From assembly GCA_963784995.1 (NCBI GenBank), contig CAWATZ010000006.1, positions 136,853-200,852 on the forward strand: DNA of 64,000 bases, written 5' to 3'. Below, in pieces: positions 58,308-64,000 of the stretch. Both the position numbers and the translations under genes were made by a program. The notes under the pieces are model-generated. The model was not told the DNA's origin and ran no database searches. It worked only from the letters and a program-made list of their open reading frames with translations. Numbering within the stretch: the stretch's first letter is position 1; every line of letters starts with the position of its first letter. Source of the stretch: an uncultured Planctomycetota bacterium (GTDB lineage: Bacteria; Planctomycetota; Planctomycetia; Gemmatales; Gemmataceae).

Positions 58308-59747
58308 ATGCAATCTCGCAACGTGAGAGGTTACCCGCGCTGGCTACCGTTGTTTGCCGTGGGGGCGGTCATGGCCGGCCTGGTCATTCCGTCGCTGACG
58401 CGGTCGCAGCCGAAGAAGGATGAGAAGGTCCCACCATCGAGCTATGACCAGATCGCACCGGTCCTGGTGGGGCAGGAGAGCTTCGCAACGATGCTGGCCA
58501 GGGACAAGGCCGACAAGGACGGAGTCATGGCCCGGCAAAAGCGTCTGCTGGAGGAGCGTTACGATCTGACAGTCCGGACTCATCCAAGCGTCAGAATGAC
58601 TCGCGGCAAGCCGATCCCGGTGGGCCCGGCGACCCGGCTGCCGGAGGGCCAGACCTGGGAGACCCTGGCGGAGCTGGCCTGTGAGGAGGTCCGCGCCAAG
58701 GGGCTGTTCCCCCAGGGGTTCCTGCCGTTGCCCCATCCCAAGCACGACGCGGGCGGCATGGTCTTCCCGCAGATGGAGATCAAGCAAGTGAAGCGCCTGG
58801 AGCGCTTCGACGTGGACTTCGACCTGCCGGAGCATTTCCTGCCCGAGTTCCCCCCGGCCGTGTTCCTGACCACCCGCCCCGACCTCGGCGACGTCTCGCA
58901 GGGGAAGTTCATCACCGTCGATAACTTCCAGGACATCTTCAACGGCATCCTCAACTCCAAGGACCTGGAGGGACTGCGCCTGCTGGTGACGCAGTTCCCG
59001 CAGCAGCAGTTCAACGCCACCCGCGACCGCAAAACGGAGCTGCCGGCCGGCATGCAGGGGGTGGCCTGCTTCGACTGCCACGTCAACGGCCACACCTCGG
59101 CGGCAACGCACCTCGTCGGCGACATCCGGCCGCAGTCCCATCGCCGCCGCATCGACACGCCGAGCCTGCGGGGGGTGAACATTCAGCGGCTGTTCGGCTC
59201 GCAGCGGGCCCTCAAGAGCGTCGAGGATTTCACCGAGTTCGAGCAGCGGGCCGCGTACTTCGACGGCGACATCCTGTCCGCGACGGCCAAGGGCATCAAT
59301 CCGCTGGAGCGCGGCAGCCAGGTCCACTTCATGGCCGAGTTTCAGGAGCTGCTCGATTTCCCGCCCGCGCCGGGCCTGAGCTGGGACGGCAAGCTCGATC
59401 CGAAAAAGTTCGCGGAGGGATCGCCGGAGATGCAGGGCCAGAAGCTATTCTTCGGCAAGGCCCGCTGCTCCGAGTGCCATCCGCCGCCGTACTACACCGA
59501 CAACACCATGCACGATCTGCAGGTCGAGCGCTTCTACAAGAAGCAGACGATCAACGGCCTGGTGGCCACCAAGCAGGGGCCAATCAAGACGTTCCCGCTG
59601 CGCGGCATCAAGGAGTCGCCGCCCTACTTCCACGATGGGCGGCTGCCGACGCTGGAGGACGTGGTCGAGTTCTTCAACGTGGTCCTGGAAGTGAAGCTGA
59701 AGCCCGAGGAGAAGCGGGCCCTGGTGGCGTTCATGCGGCAGTTGTGA
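58308..59747 (+). CDS. di-haem cytochrome c peroxidase family protein
   Basis: Two CxxCH haem-binding motifs (CFDCHVNGH, CSECHPPPY). N-terminal TM/signal. Confidence 0.75.
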   Translation: MQSRNVRGYPRWLPLFAVGAVMAGLVIPSLTRSQPKKDEKVPPSSYDQIAPVLVGQESFATMLARDKADKDGVMARQKRLLEERYDLTVRTHPSVRMTRGKPIPVGPATRLPEGQTWETLAELACEEVRAKGLFPQGFLPLPHPKHDAGGMVFPQMEIKQVKRLERFDVDFDLPEHFLPEFPPAVFLTTRPDLGDVSQGKFITVDNFQDIFNGILNSKDLEGLRLLVTQFPQQQFNATRDRKTELPAGMQGVACFDCHVNGHTSAATHLVGDIRPQSHRRRIDTPSLRGVNIQRLFGSQRALKSVEDFTEFEQRAAYFDGDILSATAKGINPLERGSQVHFMAEFQELLDFPPAPGLSWDGKLDPKKFAEGSPEMQGQKLFFGKARCSECHPPPYYTDNTMHDLQVERFYKKQTINGLVATKQGPIKTFPLRGIKESPPYFHDGRLPTLEDVVEFFNVVLEVKLKPEEKRALVAFMRQL

Positions 59748-59822
59748 GCGTCTGAGGGGCTATCCGGGGAGAGGGACAGCGCGGCCAAAACGGGCGTGTT
59801 AGCCCCCTTCCTGGATAGACTC

Positions 59823-60411
59823 CTACTTTCCGCTGCTGCGAACCAGCCAGATCCCCAGCACGCCGCCCGCCACGATCATGACGACCCCCAGGACGATAAT
59901 GCCCAGGGCCGTTTCCGGCCCATCGGGGCGTCCCCCCTCGCGGATCAGGATCGCAGGCTCCTGCAGGTTCAGCCCCGGAAAACGGTACCCGGGCGGCTCA
60001 TCCACGCAAACGCCCGTGAAATTGCGGAGCGACCCGCCGCCATTCTCCTTGAGCCAGCCGGCCACCTTGTCGCGCGGTCTGGGGCCGAGCTTGCAGATGA
60101 CGTGGACCGGATCACCGGGCCGCCAGCCTTTCGGCACCATCGGCAGGTAGAAGAAGACCGGATCGGGGGGGCTGCCAGGGTCCTGGGGGGCGGGAACAAT
60201 CACCAGCTGATCCGTGACCAGCACACCCTTCTCGATGGTCAACCAGCGCTGCCCCTGATACTCCTGGAACGCATCGACCGGAAGAGACGTGGGCGCGGTT
60301 TCGGACACGGCGACCCGGTAATCGATCGCGCCGCGCCAGACCGCAATGCCGCCCCCGGCAAGCAGGGCAATGACAAGCAAGAGTCGGCGGGCGAGCCAGT
60401 ACGTGTGCATG
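59823..60411 (-). CDS. hypothetical membrane-anchored protein
   Basis: MHTYWLARRLLLVIALLAGGGIAVW N-terminal anchor and a C-terminal TM. The ORF-track extension to 60629 translates the family-2 repeat. Confidence 0.5.
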
Positions 60412-60575
60412 GAAAGGCTCCTTGGATGTCCCGGAATCGTATTGCGCGGTGGAAGGACGGGCAAGGGAGCAACGGTCCCGTTGTCGGAGCGGCGAACAAA
60501 CGGCATCGGAAAGAAGTTCCGGTGTCTGGTGCCGAGAGGACTGTCAGAAGCTGGCGGAAGACGTCCGCCAACTCG

Positions 60576-60698
60576 CCCCGAATACCCTGGCAGGTGGCTG
60601 GCAGGCAGAAAAGTGACGCCCTCTGGCATTCCTCCGTCGGCTCCAGGCTCTCTCTGGCCTCTCCGCCACGCTCAAGAGAGTTGGCAGGCTGGCAGGGT
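60576..60698. repeat. family-2 conserved element, copy 2, about 165 nt upstream of the 59823..60411 gene
   Basis: ccccgaataccctggcaggtggctggcaggcagaaaagtgacgccctctggcattcctccgtcgg ... ttggcaggctggcagg. Confidence 0.8.
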
Positions 60699-60748
60699 GG
60701 TGCTGATGGCCATTCGAGATGAGCATGGAGGTTCTCCCAGAGGTGCGT

Positions 60749-60991
60749 TCAGGATGGGCATTGCGGCCCCAGGTCGTGGAAGAGGGCCTGTTCTGGTTCC
60801 TTCTCCAGCACCTGCTTCACCAGGAACGAATCCAGGTGGAAGCGCTCGCAGCCAGCCTCATAACCTACATCCACCGTCCGGAAGAAGCCAGCAATGTCTT
60901 CGCCGTGGATCAGGACGAACTCGCCAGCATGCTCTTTCAGGAGGACGGGAAGTTGCTGCTGGAAGGTTTGAAGCTCTTTGTCCAGGATCAT
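60749..60991 (-). CDS. small hypothetical protein (DUF5678-like?)
   Basis: 80 aa, GEFVLIHGEDIAGFF...GYEAG. Directly downstream of arsC on the same strand. Confidence 0.4.
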   Translation of the reverse strand: MILDKELQTFQQQLPVLLKEHAGEFVLIHGEDIAGFFRTVDVGYEAGCERFHLDSFLVKQVLEKEPEQALFHDLGPQCPS

Positions 60992-61009
60992 GGTATCACC
61001 TCTTGTAAC

Positions 61010-61423
61010 TCATGCCGCGCCTTCCTCCGCCGTCAGCTCCAGCAGCTCCTTGACCTTCCGCTCGATCAGGTCGCGCACCGAGCGGAATTGCTCGTCGGGC
61101 AGCTCCTTCGGATCAGGGATTTGCCATTCCTCCCGCCGCCGGGCCCGCACCAGGGGACAGGCGTCACCGCAGCCCATCGTCACGGCCACGTCAACGTCCT
61201 GCCCGTTGAACGCATCAAGCGACTTCGACACGTGCGTGGACAGGTCATAGCCAACCTCGGCCATGAAACGGATGGCACGCGGGTTCACCTTGCCCGATGG
61301 ACGCGACCCGGCACTCGACGCCTCGATCCGGTCCTCGCCGTGCAGGCGGGCAAAGGCCTCGGCCATCTGGCTGCGGTTGGAGTTCTCGACGCAGACGAAC
61401 AGGATTCTCGGTTTCTTGCTCAC
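61010..61423 (-). CDS. arsC: arsenate reductase, LMW-PTP family (thioredoxin-coupled ArsC)
   Basis: P-loop ILFVCVENSNRSQMAE. Downstream GCGDACP cysteines. Confidence 0.85.
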   Translation of the reverse strand: MSKKPRILFVCVENSNRSQMAEAFARLHGEDRIEASSAGSRPSGKVNPRAIRFMAEVGYDLSTHVSKSLDAFNGQDVDVAVTMGCGDACPLVRARRREEWQIPDPKELPDEQFRSVRDLIERKVKELLELTAEEGAA

Positions 61424-61527
61424 GCTGCTCTTCCTCTCTGGCCCGGCTCGGAGCCGGCTCCGACACCCCTGGACACTTCCCCGGATCAGCGGTTACATTC
61501 CAGTACCGGGATCCAAGGAGTGCCTCC

Positions 61528-61923
61528 GTGACGAAGAACGCCGCACAGTCCCCCCCCCAAATTGACACGATGTTCCGAGCCTTCTCGGATCGCACGCGCT
61601 TGCGTATCCTCCACCTGCTCCGGGACGGCGAGTGCTGCGTGGGCGACCTCGTGGCGGTCCTCGGCATCGAGCAGCCCAGCGCCTCACGGCATCTGGCCTA
61701 TCTGCGCAAGGCGGGGCTGGTGTCGGTTCGCAAGGCGGGTTTGTGGAGTTACTACTCGCTGGCTCCGGCCCGGGTGCCGTTCCACGCCAAGCTCCTGGAG
61801 TGCCTGGCTTGCTGCTTTAGCGAGGTCCCCGAGATCCGGGCGGACCAGGAGCGGGCCAGGCGGGTCAAGGAGTCAGGCGGCTGCTGTCCGGGTCCGGAGC
61901 AGCCTCCGTTCAGCTCCCCTTGA
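61528..61923 (+). CDS. arsR: ArsR/SmtB-family metalloregulator
   Basis: GTG start with aaggag [53 protein letters not shown] (metal-binding CC in the HTH). C-terminal CC/CC pairs. Confidence 0.8.
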   Translation: MTKNAAQSPPQIDTMFRAFSDRTRLRILHLLRDGECCVGDLVAVLGIEQPSASRHLAYLRKAGLVSVRKAGLWSYYSLAPARVPFHAKLLECLACCFSEVPEIRADQERARRVKESGGCCPGPEQPPFSSP

Positions 61924-62782
61924 GGGCGTAAACCTGCACGCTGGCCGCGAACTCGTTGAAGTCGTACTTCCGGAGCAGGGCGGCCAGCGTGTCGTGCAGA
62001 GAGGAAGGACCTGCCTCCATCGAGCCACAGCAGCTGGGAGACAGCTCCCCTATCGAGAGCATGGCGGGCGAGCAGCAGCCGGATTGGTTCTCGACCCCGG
62101 CGTAGGCATTCAGGTCCTTGCCGGCGTCCACGACCTGCACCGCCTGGAAGCCGGCCTCCTCCAGGTCCCGGCGGTAATCCTCGATGGGCACGGCTCCGGC
62201 AACGCACCCCACGTAGGCCAGGATGTCCTTTCCCAGGTCCTCGGGGAGCGGCTTCTTCAGGGCGATGTCGCTGACCGCGACCCGCCCGCCGGGCTTGAGG
62301 ACGCGGAACATCTCCCGGAACACGGCCCGCTTGTCCGGGGCCAGGTTGATGACACAGTTGCTGATCAGACAGTCCACCGAGCTGTCGGCCAGCGGCAGCT
62401 TGTCGATGGTGCTCAGATGGAACTCGACGTTTGCCACGCCGGCCTGGGTCGCGTTGCGGCGGGCCCGCTCCAGCATCTCGGGCGTCATGTCGATGCCGAT
62501 CGCCTTGCCCGTCGGACCGACCTTGGCCGCGGCCAGCAGTACGTCCAGGCCGCCGCCACAGCCGAGGTCCACGACCACCTCTCCCGGTCGGAGGTTGGCG
62601 GTCGCCGTGGGATTGCCGCAGGACAGGCCCATGTTGGCTCCGGCGGGGATGGAGGCCAGCTCCTCGGCAGTGTAGCCGAACGCCTCCGCTACCCCGCGAA
62701 CACCTGGATGATCGCTCGACAGGGAGCTGCTGGCTACCTTGGCGTAGCCGGATTGGACCTGATTGAGGATCTGCTCGGACAT
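61910..62782 (-). CDS. arsM: arsenite S-adenosylmethionine methyltransferase
   Basis: [15 protein letters not shown]... SAM motif [12 protein letters not shown]. Conserved Cys (LSCGNP) and a C-terminal Cys-rich tail. Confidence 0.8.
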   Translation of the reverse strand: MSEQILNQVQSGYAKVASSSLSSDHPGVRGVAEAFGYTAEELASIPAGANMGLSCGNPTATANLRPGEVVVDLGCGGGLDVLLAAAKVGPTGKAIGIDMTPEMLERARRNATQAGVANVEFHLSTIDKLPLADSSVDCLISNCVINLAPDKRAVFREMFRVLKPGGRVAVSDIALKKPLPEDLGKDILAYVGCVAGAVPIEDYRRDLEEAGFQAVQVVDAGKDLNAYAGVENQSGCCSPAMLSIGELSPSCCGSMEAGPSSLHDTLAALLRKYDFNEFAASVQVYALKGS

Positions 62783-62857
62783 CGCTCCATCTCCTTTTAT
62801 ATGCACCTCCGGTAATATAGTCTTGTCGTCTGTCGGAGTCCAGATGGAAACGCGGCT

Positions 62858-63574
62858 TCACTCCTTGTAATAGCGCTGGTAGATCGCTTGACACCTGGCC
62901 AGGCCGTGCCGACGATACTCTCGCCGGAAGGTCCAGTTCGCCCAGGCGACGCGCCAGACGCCGCGGCGCTCGAAGCGGCGCGGGGAAACCGTCACCGGCT
63001 GATCGAGACAAGCGGGCGGACCCAGCAGCCGCAGCCGGCGCGACAGCTCGACGTCTTCCATGATCGGCTGGTCGGGGAAGCCGCCAACCTGGTCCAGCAG
63101 TTCCCGACGAAAGAACTGCGCCTGATCGCCGTAGGACTCCCCCAGCCGGGCACGCCGCCGATCGAACCATTCGATCAGGCGAAAGACCCAGCGCGGCGAA
63201 TCGAACCGGTGCCCGAGACAACCTCCCGGGCAGGCGGGCCTGTCCGTCAGATGATGACGAATCCGGGCCAGGGCGTCCAGCGGAAAACGCATGTCGGCAT
63301 GAGCGACCACCACGATCTCCTCGGTCACCTGCTGGACACCCGCGGCGATCTGGCCGCCGCGCCCACGACCGGGAATGACCAGCACCGCCACGCCACAAGA
63401 GCGGGCCAGTTTCTCGGTGCTGTCGCGCGATCCGCCGTCCACGACAACGATTCGCTCGGCTGGCTCTGTTTGTGCTTGCAAGGAGTGCAAGCAGGCCGCG
63501 AGACATTCCTCCTCGTTCAGTACGGGGAGGACCACCGCCAGGGAAGCTCGTTCACGGGCTGCGTTCGCCATCAT
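62858..63574 (-). CDS. family-2 glycosyltransferase, TIGR04283-like
   Basis: LAVVLPVLNEEECLAACLHSLQAQTEPAERIVVVDGGSRDST... DxD-type motif. Overlaps the upstream DUF2064 gene by about 20 nt. Confidence 0.7.
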   Translation of the reverse strand: MMANAARERASLAVVLPVLNEEECLAACLHSLQAQTEPAERIVVVDGGSRDSTEKLARSCGVAVLVIPGRGRGGQIAAGVQQVTEEIVVVAHADMRFPLDALARIRHHLTDRPACPGGCLGHRFDSPRWVFRLIEWFDRRRARLGESYGDQAQFFRRELLDQVGGFPDQPIMEDVELSRRLRLLGPPACLDQPVTVSPRRFERRGVWRVAWANWTFRREYRRHGLARCQAIYQRYYKE

Positions 63575-64000
63575 CTGCCGCACCGGAGCGTTCGAGGTAC
63601 GCTTGCCAGTCGTCCCAGGTGTCAATGTCGTGCCGCACCGGGAGGAGCGCCGCCGACCAACCGCGTTCCCGGCAGCGGGCCAGATGGTCTTGCAGGGTGT
63701 GGCGCTCGACCAGCGGATGCCGGCGAAAAAGTCCGGCAGCTGCGCGCCGTCCCGACAAGATAATACCCGCCATCGACCGCCGGGCCGAAGACCGCGTCGT
63801 GATCTTCGAGGGAAGCGAACGCCTCGGACGTGAGGGCGGCATTCAGTTCCAGGCAGTCGGTCCCCACGGCCAGGACTGCTCCTCCGGCACGGTGCGCGGC
63901 CTGAAAGCCCGCTTCCAGACGCTCGCCGAGTCCACCCTGCGGCTGTGGCCAGAACCCATCGACCAGGTGACGCCATTCCTGGAACCGCTCGGTGGGGCCG
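63552..64000 (-). pseudogene. DUF2064/TIGR04282-family glycosyltransferase (3' part only; continues past the window edge); two frameshifts
   Basis: AVFGPAVDGGYYLVG (frame a), PDFFAGIRWSS (frame c), HTLQDHLARCRERGWSAALLPVRHDIDTWDDWQAYLE* (frame b). Confidence 0.6.

Overview
A 64 kb chromosomal segment of a high-GC (roughly 65%) Planctomycetota genome, most likely Gemmataceae. The family call rests on TIGR02996-type 'LRLVYADFLEDRGD' proteins, an ELWxxDGT-repeat protein, DUF4058, and Gemmata-style intergenic palindromes. About 50 protein-coding genes are present. No tRNA, rRNA, CRISPR array, transposase or integrase was found.

Conserved housekeeping and accessory genes include:
- a spermidine-synthase-like membrane fusion protein
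- a class-C-like serine hydrolase
- a Pat-type acetyl-CoA synthetase/GNAT acetyltransferase
- Usp, IlvE
- LolD, an FtsX-type permease, LysS
- a Gfo/Idh/MocA oxidoreductase
- a ParE/antitoxin pair, DUF488
- an MDR quinone oxidoreductase, two alpha/beta hydrolases, acylphosphatase
- BlaI and a PDZ protein
- an EmrAB-like MFS/HlyD efflux pair
- a di-haem cytochrome c peroxidase
- an arsR/arsC/arsM arsenic cluster
- a TIGR04282/TIGR04283 glycosyltransferase pair

The most notable content is:
1. A bona fide major vault protein (MVP) homologue at 30880..33122. It lies directly downstream of a CheB-CheR-PAS fusion and a hybrid histidine kinase.
2. A 10.5 kb minus-strand operon: GntR, ABC ATPase, then three tandem paralogues of a roughly 930-1110 aa double ABC-2-permease fusion protein with a large C-terminal domain. 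One paralogue carries Wza-like Poly_export/SLBB repeats. A second paralogue is disrupted by frameshifts.
3. Several families of long palindromic (REP/MITE-like) elements. Four of them sit in-frame inside coding sequences.
4. An in-frame TGA with a downstream hairpin in a thioredoxin-fold gene.
5. An AT-rich 160 bp nested palindrome in the gntR promoter region.

At least 17 frameshifts are clustered in about nine genes, including lysS and the lolE-like gene. Where assignable they fall mostly at homopolymer runs. That points to sequencing indels and/or real pseudogenes, and cannot be resolved from sequence alone.
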